DNA from: Planctomycetota bacterium
Lineage (GTDB): Bacteria > Planctomycetota > UBA1135 > UBA2386
Direction: 5' to 3'
NCBI GenBank assembly: GCA_947501605.1
Contig: CANMWZ010000001.1
Span: 32,001-96,000 of the forward strand
Length of the DNA: 64,000 nt
Below the pieces are notes generated by a model. It had not been told where the DNA came from, ran no database searches, and saw only the letters and a program-made list of their open reading frames with translations. The translations under genes were made by a program, and so were the position numbers. Positions 37,084-46,438 of the stretch are shown here, one piece after another; position 1 is the stretch's first letter, and the number at the start of each line of letters is the position of its first letter.

Positions 37084-38052
37084 ATGCGACGAGGTGCAAG
37101 GCAGGGTGTCGGCACGGCCGTCACCTTGGCGTTGGCGAGCGTACTCGCCGGCTGTGCGACAGAGCCCTCGGCGGCGCCCAGCATTGCCATCGTCGCCTTT
37201 GCCGAACATGAAACCGCATCGACCTGCACCGACGCGCTGCTGGCCGCACTCGCTGACCACGGCTACCGAGCCGGCCCTTCGCTCCTCGTCGCTCGCTACA
37301 GCGCCGGCGGCGATGCGAGTCACAGTCACGCGGCGTGGGCGGCAGCAGTCCATTCGAAGCCCGACCTCCTCATTGCCCTCGGGTCGCCGATGATCCGTGT
37401 CGCGTGCGCGGGCACGGAGGCGCGACCGACGGTGGCCGCCTATTGCTTTGACCTTGCGGCGGCAGGCGTCGTCGATGGCAACGGCGCCCGCCTACCGTTC
37501 GTCACTGGCGTGACGTCACCACCACCCGTCAACGCGGTAGTCGCGTTGTTGGCTGCCATCCGGCCGCAACCGTTGCGCATTGGCGTCGTCTACAACCCGC
37601 GGGAAGCGATCGCCATGAACCAAGTGCTCACGGCACGCGTGGCCTTCGCGAACGCGGGCATGGCGCTCGTCGAGGCCGAGATCGCGGCCGCGGTAGACAT
37701 CCCGAGTGCCATGGTGCAACTGCGCGAACGCGGCATCGCCGCGCTGTGGAAACTCGGCGACACGACCGTCGCCCCGGCCGCCGCGACGCTGCTGTCGCTA
37801 GCGCGCGACGCCGATCTCCCGGTGATCGGCGACCATGCCCGTCAATTGGACGAAGGCGCGATCGCGTTCGCCGCCATCGACTGGTCGGCGACCGGTCGAG
37901 AAGCTGGCAAGCTCGCCGCCGCGATCCTCGCCGGCGCGAGGCCTGCCGACCTGCCACTCGTTCGCGAGACTGGCGCCCAGGTGGGGTGGAACCGCGAGCG
38001 CGCCGAGGCCCTGCAGCTACGAGTCCTGCGCCCCGATGACCACCCGCGGTAG
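37084..38052 (+). CDS. ABC_sub_bind family substrate-binding lipoprotein (orphan)
   Basis: Lipobox LAGC; VTGV, RIGVVYNPRE, TGREAGKLAAAILAGARPADLP. Confidence 0.78.
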   Translation: MRRGARQGVGTAVTLALASVLAGCATEPSAAPSIAIVAFAEHETASTCTDALLAALADHGYRAGPSLLVARYSAGGDASHSHAAWAAAVHSKPDLLIALGSPMIRVACAGTEARPTVAAYCFDLAAAGVVDGNGARLPFVTGVTSPPPVNAVVALLAAIRPQPLRIGVVYNPREAIAMNQVLTARVAFANAGMALVEAEIAAAVDIPSAMVQLRERGIAALWKLGDTTVAPAAATLLSLARDADLPVIGDHARQLDEGAIAFAAIDWSATGREAGKLAAAILAGARPADLPLVRETGAQVGWNRERAEALQLRVLRPDDHPR

Positions 38053-38145
38053 CCACCGCTGACGGCCGTAGCCGACGGCACGCTCTTCCTCCGCGAACCC
38101 GTCGTCGACCTTGCTGCAGCGCTCGCTGGCCGATGCAATGCGCGC

Positions 38146-39408
38146 GTGCTCGCCGAAGTCGAACCAGAAGTCGCTGCCGCAGTCGTCGCCTTGGTTGGCT
38201 TCTTGCTCGGCTGGGCCTGCGCCACGTGGTTGCGCCGGCAAGATCACAAGACCTTCGTGTTCGCGCGCGCGCCGCAGTTGCCCATCCGCGCTCTGGCAGC
38301 GCATGACGACGCTTGGCTGCGCGGCGCGGTGCGCGCCGACTTGCCACTGCAGTGTCCGTGGTTCGAAATCGACTGCGTGGCCTATAGCTACTCGATCGAG
38401 GTCGAGGTCACGCGCACCGAGACGGTGAGGGACAGCGACGGCAAGACGAGAACGGAGACCCGGACGACCTGGGAAACCCAACACGCGGAATCGGAGTCCA
38501 TCGACTTCGACCTCGACGACGGCGACATGGCACGAATTGCCCTCGGCGAAGGCCAGAACGAGGCCATGGCCAGCATCGGCATGGACTACGAGACCTCGAC
38601 CCGCCGCCACTCGGCCTCGGCACTGCCGGTCGGCACCGAAGTCTCAGTGCTCGGCGTGTGGCGCGACGATCAGACCTTTGGCCCGCTGGCGGCAGTGCCG
38701 CTGCTGGTGACGCGGCAGACCCGGCAACAACGCGTTCAGTCGTCGGCCCGCAGCGAAACCGGCCTGTTCTACGCCGCGATGCTGTTTCCGTTCTTCGGCG
38801 CCGTTGTCGCCGCGGGCTTGGCGACCAAGGCAAGGGATGCCACCGGCTGGCTCGTTGCCGCCGCAATCGGGCTCGTCATCCTGCTGCCGCAGTGGTGGCT
38901 GCTGACCTACAATCGCCTATTGCGGCTGCGCCAAAGGGTGAAGGCTGCCCAGAAGCAGATCGGCATCGAGCTCGCCTTTCGCAGTGATCTCGTGCCCAAT
39001 CTCGTGAGCGTCGTGCGCGCCACTGCGGCCCACGAGCATGGGTTGCTGGCCGACCTCGCCGCGATCCGTAGCGGCGGCAGCGTCGACGACCGCATTCGCG
39101 AAGAACGCCAGTCCGGCGCGGCGATGCGGACCGTCTTGTTGCTGCACGAGCGCTACCCACAGTTGCGAAGCGACACCCTCTACCTCGACCTGCACGATCG
39201 CCTGTGGGCCATCGAAGAGAAGCTCGCGCACGCGCGCTCGTGCTACAACGACGCCGTCACCGAGTGGAACGACCGCCTGCAGCAGTTCCCGTCCGTGCTC
39301 GTTGCCCGTGCCGCTCGGCACCGCGAGGCCGCAGTCTTTGCCGCCGAGGGTGACGAGCAGCTACCGCCGCGCTTGTCTGATATCCCTTCCCCGCCCCATA
39401 GCTCATGA
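38146..39408 (+). CDS. LemA-domain protein with N-terminal GIDE-like membrane domain
   Basis: C-terminal YNRL..RSDLVPNLV..ERYPQL..IEEKLAHARSCYNDAVTEWN..FPS is LemA-like; N-terminal TM-beta domain-2TM. Confidence 0.8.
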   Translation: MLAEVEPEVAAAVVALVGFLLGWACATWLRRQDHKTFVFARAPQLPIRALAAHDDAWLRGAVRADLPLQCPWFEIDCVAYSYSIEVEVTRTETVRDSDGKTRTETRTTWETQHAESESIDFDLDDGDMARIALGEGQNEAMASIGMDYETSTRRHSASALPVGTEVSVLGVWRDDQTFGPLAAVPLLVTRQTRQQRVQSSARSETGLFYAAMLFPFFGAVVAAGLATKARDATGWLVAAAIGLVILLPQWWLLTYNRLLRLRQRVKAAQKQIGIELAFRSDLVPNLVSVVRATAAHEHGLLADLAAIRSGGSVDDRIREERQSGAAMRTVLLLHERYPQLRSDTLYLDLHDRLWAIEEKLAHARSCYNDAVTEWNDRLQQFPSVLVARAARHREAAVFAAEGDEQLPPRLSDIPSPPHSS

Positions 39409-40157
39409 TCCGCCAAGCCTCCACCGCGCTCTTCGCGAGCAGCCTCTTGCTCACGTCTTGTTCCACGACAGAGCGCGAACACACGCGGATCCGCGCCGAT
39501 GCGGCCTTTGGTGGCGGCAAGCTGAAGCACTCGACCAACGGCAGCGCCCTCGACGACTCCGCAACCGCGGCCTACTTCGCCTTCGGGGCAGAAGTCATCG
39601 GCAGGCAGAACCTAGGCGGCGGCGTGCGCTTCCAGACCGTGACCAGCGACGACGACCTCTTCCTGGGCGGCGGGGCAGGCACCCCAGCGCAGGCCTTCGA
39701 CAGCGAGCTGTTCTTGCATGGCACCGGCGTTCTGGGCACCGAGGACAACTCTTTCCCGATTCGCTTCGGACTGTTCTTCCGCAACTACACGCTGGAAGCC
39801 CAACCGACCGGCAACGACATCAACTGGTCCTCCTTCGGCCCTCGCGTGGAAGTCGCTCCCGACATCACGCTCGCCACGACGAACGCGCTCCGCTGGTCGC
39901 TCACGAGTGTGCTTGGCTTCGGCGCCGGAGTCACGACGATCGACACCTCGCCGGCGACGCAGGAGTGGGACACCACGATGGTGCAGGCCGATCTCGCGCT
40001 GGGCACGCGGCTGCAGTTGGAATCGCTGCGCCTCGACCTCGGCTGGATGTGGCGCGGCAGCAGATACGACGAAAGTGATGTCACTGCTTCCACCACGGTG
40101 CTCGAAGCGGACAGTACGTTCTCGGGCTTCACGTTCGGCCTCGGCGCGACCTTCTAG
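39405..40157 (+). CDS. Outer-membrane beta-barrel protein
   Basis: Signal/lipobox LTSC, amphipathic beta-strands, C-terminal GFTFGLGATF. Confidence 0.7.
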   Translation: MIRQASTALFASSLLLTSCSTTEREHTRIRADAAFGGGKLKHSTNGSALDDSATAAYFAFGAEVIGRQNLGGGVRFQTVTSDDDLFLGGGAGTPAQAFDSELFLHGTGVLGTEDNSFPIRFGLFFRNYTLEAQPTGNDINWSSFGPRVEVAPDITLATTNALRWSLTSVLGFGAGVTTIDTSPATQEWDTTMVQADLALGTRLQLESLRLDLGWMWRGSRYDESDVTASTTVLEADSTFSGFTFGLGATF

Positions 40158-40250
40158 CAGAGCCCCGCAGCATCGCCCGATGGCACCGCCCTCTCGCCGT
40201 GCGAACAGTCGCCTCGCGGGTCGCAGGCCACCACGAGCCGATACTGGTGC

Positions 40251-41240
40251 GTGACGCAGCCACCTGAGGCCGACGACTGGGAACCGCTGTCGAACGAGCA
40301 GTTGTTCGCCGACGACAGGTCCTTGCCTGCCAGCCCACCACCGCTCGTCGCCAAGCCGCTGCCACCAAAGCCGCGCGTGGCCAAGCTGCCGCACCCCGTG
40401 TTGCCGCCGGTGACGCCTGCCGCTAGCGCAGTCCGCGCCAATCCCGATGCCGAGCAGCGGGCCCTGCACGAACTGAAGCAACGACTCGCAACCGCCAAGA
40501 AGCGCATGGCCCCGTTGCACGCAGCGTTTGCCAGTGCGACGCGACGGCTGGCCTACGAACCGCCGCTCCCGGTCGAAGCGGCAACCAAGGCCGACGCGCC
40601 CGACGACGACCGCAGTCTCGGAATCGAGTTCGAAGACGGTCACGACCCCCGCGAAGACCAATCGTGGTTCCGCGCGTTGCCGGCGACGGAACAGCAGCGG
40701 CTCGGCACCGCGTGGCGGGCGCAGAAGAACCAGTACTCGGGCGAGAGAGCCCAGTTCTGCTACGACGTGCGCTACGCCGCGATCTGCGGCGCCGGCGTGT
40801 TCGTGTTCGTTGCGATCCTGACGGCCATCGCCTGCGCCGACGGCGGTCGAAGTCTGCAACTCGTGGTCGCCGGTGCGTTCGCCGCCGCCATCGCCCGCGT
40901 GCTCCGCGGTGGACGCTTCGTCTTCGCCATCGCCGGCTTCGCGACCTACGCCCTCGTGATGCAAGATGCCCTGCTGAAGTCGCAGCTGCTGTGGTACGTG
41001 TGGTCGGTCGCCGGCTTCGCGACAGCGCTGATCGGCATCGATCGCGAGATGCGTCAGGCGGGCGGCTTTGGTGGCCGTTGCCTAGTGAGCACCAAGCCGA
41101 CCGAACCGGCAATCGCCGCCGGAAGCCAGAGCCACAGAGCTTCTGACAGCAGCACGTCGACACCCCACGAGGAGAAGAACGCGCTGACGCCGAGCGGTGC
41201 GACCGCGATCGGACGGAACGAGAAGAACAACCGTTCCTGA
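40251..41240 (+). CDS. Hypothetical membrane protein
   Basis: Pro-rich soluble N-terminus and about 4 C-terminal TM segments. Confidence 0.6.
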   Translation: MTQPPEADDWEPLSNEQLFADDRSLPASPPPLVAKPLPPKPRVAKLPHPVLPPVTPAASAVRANPDAEQRALHELKQRLATAKKRMAPLHAAFASATRRLAYEPPLPVEAATKADAPDDDRSLGIEFEDGHDPREDQSWFRALPATEQQRLGTAWRAQKNQYSGERAQFCYDVRYAAICGAGVFVFVAILTAIACADGGRSLQLVVAGAFAAAIARVLRGGRFVFAIAGFATYALVMQDALLKSQLLWYVWSVAGFATALIGIDREMRQAGGFGGRCLVSTKPTEPAIAAGSQSHRASDSSTSTPHEEKNALTPSGATAIGRNEKNNRS

Positions 41241-41596
41241 GAGAACGGCCAGAGGAGCGCAACGCCGAGGCCCCCATCCGTGAGCATGTCGACGAGGCCG
41301 TGCGATGCGATCGACGCGCACAAGAACAGGGAGGCCCGCATCGCCCCCACCTCGCAGCGACGACCGAGCCAAGGTCCGATGACGAAGGCAACGACCACCG
41401 CGAACACCAGACTGTGGGTGCAGCCACGGTGGCCATTCCACGCCTCGTAAGGCACACCCTGGAAGTAGCCGATCGCGTCGAGGTCGGGCATCGCCGACAG
41501 CAATGCAGCAGCGACCAGCAGCGCGCGGCGGCGAACCTTGGGCAACCAGCACGCGAGCGCGAGCGGCACCGCAGGATGCGAGAAGCAGGAAGCCAT
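41054..41596 (-). CDS. Membrane metal-dependent hydrolase (YdjM/YbcI-like)
   Basis: MASCFSH, PDLD, HRGCTHSL, SHGLVDMLTDGGLGVA. Confidence 0.9.
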   Translation of the reverse strand: MASCFSHPAVPLALACWLPKVRRRALLVAAALLSAMPDLDAIGYFQGVPYEAWNGHRGCTHSLVFAVVVAFVIGPWLGRRCEVGAMRASLFLCASIASHGLVDMLTDGGLGVALLWPFSQERLFFSFRPIAVAPLGVSAFFSSWGVDVLLSEALWLWLPAAIAGSVGLVLTRQRPPKPPA

Positions 41597-41624
41597 GGAT
41601 CGGCGATAGGCTAGCCCCTCCTCG

Positions 41625-42650
41625 ATGCGCGCTCCCTCAACTCCGCTCGCCATTCTTCTGGCTGCCCTGCTGTGGTCCACGGCACGCACGCAGACAACAC
41701 CGGCAACCGCGCCGCTTGCTCCGGCCACAGCCGTGCGGTTGGGCGTCTTCTTCTGGCACGACTCTCCCAACGACCAGATCACGTTTGCCGGCATCGAGAA
41801 CGGCTTTCAGGCCGCTGGCCGCGCGGTTCTGTTCGTCGAACGCCGCGCCAACGGCGACCGCGCGCGCGCGCAGCTCGCGTTGACTGAGTTGCGCGCCGCG
41901 GGCTGTCGCCTTTTGTTCGCCATGGGCACGCAAGCGGCGCTGCTGGCGCAGGAGCACGTGCCCGAGATCCCGCTCGTCTTCACTGCGGTCGCCAATCCTG
42001 TCGCCTCGGGAATCACCGCTGCGTGGACCGGCTCAGGCACTTCGGTCGCGGGCGCCAGTTACTGGATCGGGCCGGCGACTCTGGTGCCCGTGTTTCGCCT
42101 CGCAGTGCCCGGCCTGCAGCGCCTGGGCATGTTGCGCTCCGAGACCTCAGGGGTCGTAAGCCGCGCGGAACTCGAAGCGATGCGGGCGTGGATCCGCACG
42201 ACGCCGGGCACGGCGCTGCAGGTAGTCGAAGCAATCGCGCAGAACGACGATGATGTCGAACGCGCCGTCGCCGCCCTGCTGCAGCAAGGCGTGCAAGCGA
42301 TCTGGATCCCGAACGACTTCACCATCTACCAAAATCTGCATCTTGTAACGAAGCAGGCCACCGCCGCCCGCGTGCCGCTGGTCGCCACGGCGCTGGCCGC
42401 GGCGCGCAACGACGCCATCCTCGGGGCCACGGTGGACTTCGAGCTGCACGGCCGTCGCACCGCCGCGCTCGCGCTGCGCATCCTCGACGGCGAAGAGCCA
42501 GGAGCGCTGCCGGTCGACACGATGCATGGCTTCCGCATCCTCGTCAACGTCGACGCTGCGCGCCGAGCTGGTATCGAAGTGCCGCTGTCCTTGCTCGTGT
42601 TGGCCGACGAGTTGATCGCCGAGGAGACAACCGATGACCGCCCCCGCTGA
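41625..42650 (+). CDS. ABC_sub_bind family periplasmic binding protein
   Basis: Signal peptide; AMGTQAA, IPLVFTAVANP, AIWIPND, GRRTAALALRILDGEEPG, VNVDAARRAGI; overlaps the kinase start. Confidence 0.82.
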   Translation: MRAPSTPLAILLAALLWSTARTQTTPATAPLAPATAVRLGVFFWHDSPNDQITFAGIENGFQAAGRAVLFVERRANGDRARAQLALTELRAAGCRLLFAMGTQAALLAQEHVPEIPLVFTAVANPVASGITAAWTGSGTSVAGASYWIGPATLVPVFRLAVPGLQRLGMLRSETSGVVSRAELEAMRAWIRTTPGTALQVVEAIAQNDDDVERAVAALLQQGVQAIWIPNDFTIYQNLHLVTKQATAARVPLVATALAAARNDAILGATVDFELHGRRTAALALRILDGEEPGALPVDTMHGFRILVNVDAARRAGIEVPLSLLVLADELIAEETTDDRPR

Positions 42651-44091
42651 TCTCACACCGCGGGGCACGCACCTCGCCCAGAAGTTGTTGTTCGCCGTGC
42701 TGGCGTTGTCCGTGCTGCTGCTGGTTGTCTTGTGGAGCTTTGTCGGGCCATCGCTCTCGACTTCGTTCCGCGACCGCAGCGATGCACTCGTGCAACACAG
42801 CATCACGGCGATGCGCGAACTGGCGACGCGTCACGCCACGCAACATCGCGATCTGCAGAAGGAACTCGTCGGCCACACCACCGACGCGCGGCGACGGGCG
42901 CTGCTCGACCTGCCGTTTTCGTTGTACCGCGAGCCCGAACAACTCCGCGCCGCGATCGAACGCGACGACCAAGACCGCGCCGAGCGCGTCCACCGCAACC
43001 TAGCTGTGTTGTCCCTCGAGACCGAGCGTCGCGCTGGCACCCAGATCCAAGCCGTGCTCGAGGACCTCCAGTACGAACAGGAGCGGCTGGCCGAGACCTT
43101 TGCCGTGCAGTTGCGCACGATGCACGCCGAACTCTGTGCGCTGTTTCTCGCGGCAGCAGTGGTCGTGCTGGGTCTTGGCCTGCACCGCCTCGTCGTGCGC
43201 CCGGTGCAGCAGCTCCGTGCCGCCACCCGCCGCGTCGCCGCTGGTGACCTCGCAACCTCGGTCTCGGTGCAGAGCCAAGACGAGATCGGCGCCCTGGCGC
43301 AGGACTTCTCGACGATGCTGCAGCAACTGCGGTCGTCGCGCAGCGCCCTCGCGGACCTCAACACCAACCTGGAAGCCCAGGTGGCCCAGAAGACGCACGA
43401 ACTCGCCCAGGCGGCAAAGATGGCTTCGCTCGGCACCCTCGCCGGCGGCCTCGCGCACGAGTTTCACAATTTGATCGGCGGGATCCGTGGTTGTGCCCGA
43501 GACGTGCGCGCCGACGAGACCGATGCGGCCACACAAGAGACCCTCGACGTCATCCTGCGCGCGACCGACCGCGCCACTGCGATCGTCCATCAGCTGCAGC
43601 GCTTCGCCAAGCAGGACAAACGCCAGTTTGCACGCATGGCACTCGACCAAGTTGCCGCGGACGCGCTGCTCCTGCTCGAACCAGAGGCTCGCCGCCGCAG
43701 GGTCACGGTGCACCGCTCGCTCGACGCGAACTTGCCGGTGCTTGGCGACGAAGACGCACTGCACCAAGTCGTCGTCAACCTTGTGACCAATGCACTACAG
43801 GCGATGCCGCACGGGGGCGAACTGCGCGTGCACGGTCGCATCGACGGCGACCGCGTCGAGCTGCTCGTGGCTGACACCGGGTGTGGCATCGACGCAGCCG
43901 ACATGCCGCGCATCTTCGAGCCGTTCTTCACGCGCCGCGCCGACGCCCAAGATCCGCTGCAGCGCGGGACCGGACTGGGACTGTCCGTGACCTACGGCAT
44001 CGTCGAGGCGCATGGCGGTTCGATCGCGGTGCAAAGCACGGTCTCGATGGGTTCCACGTTCACGCTCCGCGTGCCACTGGCGACGAGTTGA
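42634..44091 (+). CDS. Sensor histidine kinase (TM-HAMP-HisKA-HATPase)
   Basis: HAMP DEIGALA; H-box LAHEFHN; NLVTNA; DTGCGI; IFEPFFT; GTGLGL. Confidence 0.95.
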   Translation: MTAPADLTPRGTHLAQKLLFAVLALSVLLLVVLWSFVGPSLSTSFRDRSDALVQHSITAMRELATRHATQHRDLQKELVGHTTDARRRALLDLPFSLYREPEQLRAAIERDDQDRAERVHRNLAVLSLETERRAGTQIQAVLEDLQYEQERLAETFAVQLRTMHAELCALFLAAAVVVLGLGLHRLVVRPVQQLRAATRRVAAGDLATSVSVQSQDEIGALAQDFSTMLQQLRSSRSALADLNTNLEAQVAQKTHELAQAAKMASLGTLAGGLAHEFHNLIGGIRGCARDVRADETDAATQETLDVILRATDRATAIVHQLQRFAKQDKRQFARMALDQVAADALLLLEPEARRRRVTVHRSLDANLPVLGDEDALHQVVVNLVTNALQAMPHGGELRVHGRIDGDRVELLVADTGCGIDAADMPRIFEPFFTRRADAQDPLQRGTGLGLSVTYGIVEAHGGSIAVQSTVSMGSTFTLRVPLATS

Positions 44092-44235
44092 GCCGCCGCC
44101 ACAGAGCCGCCGCTTTTGCCGACGCGGGCATTGGCTCGACGTGGTTTCCCAGTGGACTTCGAGGCCGGCTGCAGCCGCTGGCGCTTTCAAAAAACTCCTT
44201 CTAGAGTCGGCGCCTCACCGAACCGTCGAGGTCCC

Positions 44236-44685
44236 ATGCACCCATCGTTCCGCCTCTCGTTCGTCGCCGCTCTTGTCCTCGCCGCATGCTCGTCCAACAC
44301 GCCCGACCCGTCGCCGACATCGCCCTCGGCGACGAAGCCGCTGGCGCCGTCGCTACCCAAAGATCTGAAGGCTGGCATGAAGGCCATCGAGGAACCATGG
44401 AAGGTGCTCGAAGAGGGCCAGAAGCAGAGCGAGGGTCTGGACCTTGCCGCGATGGCCACTGCCGCCGACGCCTGTGCGTTTGCGATGCACCTCGCCTACG
44501 ACCCGTATGAGGACAAGGAAGTGCCCAACTTCGCGCAGTTCGCGCGCGAGGCCGAAGCGGCGCTGCAGAAGATGGCCGCGGCAGCGCGCGCCGGTCGCGC
44601 CGCAGCCGTGCGCGAACTCGGCAAGAGCTTGCAGGAACAACATTGCGCTCGCTGCCATGACGCCGTCGAGGAAGCGCGCGGCTGA
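44236..44685 (+). CDS. Monoheme cytochrome c lipoprotein (class II, c'/c556-like)
   Basis: Lipobox LAAC; helical; C-terminal CARCH. Confidence 0.75.
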   Translation: MHPSFRLSFVAALVLAACSSNTPDPSPTSPSATKPLAPSLPKDLKAGMKAIEEPWKVLEEGQKQSEGLDLAAMATAADACAFAMHLAYDPYEDKEVPNFAQFAREAEAALQKMAAAARAGRAAAVRELGKSLQEQHCARCHDAVEEARG

Positions 44686-44937
44686 GCTGGCAACACGGCG
44701 CTCGCGATGCGCCGCCCTGGGCGAACTGCATGCCGGCGGCGCAACGCTGCAGCGCGGCCGCAGCGTGCAGCCACGCACTGTGCCGCAAGCGGCCATCTCG
44801 CACGACCACCTGTCGCATCGGTACGACACCGCAGTCGATGCGCGGAACAAGCGCGCCCCGCCATCGTGGCGCGGCCGGTCGCGGGCCGCCTGCTTCAGCT
44901 TCCGCGGCGCGGCGGAGCGGTTAGGCTCCGCGGCCCG

Positions 44938-46377
44938 ATGACCAGCGCCCCGCCCGCCTTGCCCGCAGTCCTCGTCGTCGATGACGAGGAGACGATGCGA
45001 CACTTCCTGTCGCGGGGGCTGAAACGCCTCGGCTTCGAGGTCGAGACGGCAGTCGATGGCCAAGCGGCACTCGACACGCTGGCACAGCGGCGCTTTGCGG
45101 CCGTCGCCCTCGATCTACGCATGCCAGGGCTTGACGGTCTCGCCGTGCTGGCACGGATCAAGGCGCTCGACCCGAGCGTGATCGTGCTGCTGATGACGGC
45201 ACACGGCAACGTCGCCCATGCCGTCGAGGCGATGAAGCTTGGCGCTGCCGACTTCTTGCAGAAGCCGTTCGAACTCGACGAGTTGCGACTCCGCCTCGAG
45301 CGGGCGCTGGCGCTGCAGGATGTGCTCCGCGACAACGAGGAACTGCGGCGCAGCGTCGACCGGCCCGTGGGCCCGGATCTCGTCACCAACAGTGCGGCCA
45401 TGCGCGCCCTGCAGTCCGAGATCTCGCTGCTCGCGAAGAGCCGCGCGACCGTGCTCCTGACCGGCGAGTCCGGCACCGGCAAGACGCTGCTCGCGCGCGC
45501 ACTGCACCAGAGCTCGCCGCAGAAAGATGGTCCGTTCGTCGTCGTCAACTGCCCGGCGATTCCGGAGACGCTGTTTGAATCGACGCTGTTCGGGCACGAG
45601 GCCGGCGCCTTCACCGGGGCGCTGCAACAGAAGGCAGGCCTGTGCGCGCGCGCGGAGGGCGGCACGTTGTTCTTCGACGAGCTGGCCGAACTCAGCCTCG
45701 CGGCACAAGCGAAGCTGGAGCGCTTCCTGCAAGATCGCGAGTTCACCCCGCTCGGTGGCAGCAAGCCGCTGACCGCAACGCTGCGTGTGCTGGCAGCGAC
45801 CAACCGCGACCTGGAAGCGATGGCGCAGCAGGGCACCTTTCGGCCCGAACTGCTGTGGCGGCTCAAGGTCGTCCAACTGCGAGTGCCGTCGCTGCGCCAA
45901 CGCCGCGAGGACATCCCGATGCTCGTGCTGCGGCGGCTGGCGAGTCTGCGGGCGCACTCGGGGCGAGGCCCGCAGACCATGACCGCCGAGGCTTTGGCAG
46001 CCATTTCGGCCTACGACTGGCCCGGCAACGTTCGCGAACTGGAGAACCTGACCGAACGCATGACCGTGATGGCCGGCGATCGCGACCTGCTCGGCAGCGG
46101 GGACCTCCCAGCCGAGATTCGCGGGCTCGCACCGCTCGACGACCCCGGTGACTACGAAGCAGCGCGGCGGCGGTTTGATCAAGCCTACTTCAGTTCCCTG
46201 CTGGTCCGGGCTGGCGGCAACGTCACCGAAGCGGCCCGGCTCGGCGGTCTGTCGCGCGGCCATCTGCACCGACGGCTGCGCGAACTCCAGATCGAGGCCG
46301 GTGCAGCTCGGCACCTGGGACTCCCCTCGATGGAAAGCCCGTCGAGCGACACCGCTGCCGACCCGGCGCGCGAATAG
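44938..46377 (+). CDS. Sigma-54-dependent response regulator (NtrC family)
   Basis: Receiver VVDDE/LDLRMP/KP; GESGTGKT; GAFTGA; FFDE; WPGNVREL; Fis-type HTH. Confidence 0.95.
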   Translation: MTSAPPALPAVLVVDDEETMRHFLSRGLKRLGFEVETAVDGQAALDTLAQRRFAAVALDLRMPGLDGLAVLARIKALDPSVIVLLMTAHGNVAHAVEAMKLGAADFLQKPFELDELRLRLERALALQDVLRDNEELRRSVDRPVGPDLVTNSAAMRALQSEISLLAKSRATVLLTGESGTGKTLLARALHQSSPQKDGPFVVVNCPAIPETLFESTLFGHEAGAFTGALQQKAGLCARAEGGTLFFDELAELSLAAQAKLERFLQDREFTPLGGSKPLTATLRVLAATNRDLEAMAQQGTFRPELLWRLKVVQLRVPSLRQRREDIPMLVLRRLASLRAHSGRGPQTMTAEALAAISAYDWPGNVRELENLTERMTVMAGDRDLLGSGDLPAEIRGLAPLDDPGDYEAARRRFDQAYFSSLLVRAGGNVTEAARLGGLSRGHLHRRLRELQIEAGAARHLGLPSMESPSSDTAADPARE

Positions 46378-46408
46378 CACCCCACCGTTCGCCGCGTGAC
46401 TTCGGCAG

Positions 46409-46424
46409 CGGCACACCCATTGCT
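46409..46424 (+). promoter_or_regulatory. Putative sigma-54 -24/-12 promoter
   Basis: CGGCAC-ACCCA-TTGCT has exact GG-N10-GC spacing and a near-consensus match to TGGCAC-N5-TTGC; ends 14 bp before ATG 46439, directly after the activator gene. Confidence 0.7.
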
Positions 46425-46438
46425 CAGGGCCGAGCCTC

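Noticed and set aside
44686..44937. Extended N-terminus or separate gene before the response regulator
   Set aside because: Upstream in-frame translation is low-complexity; the receiver domain begins just after ATG 44938
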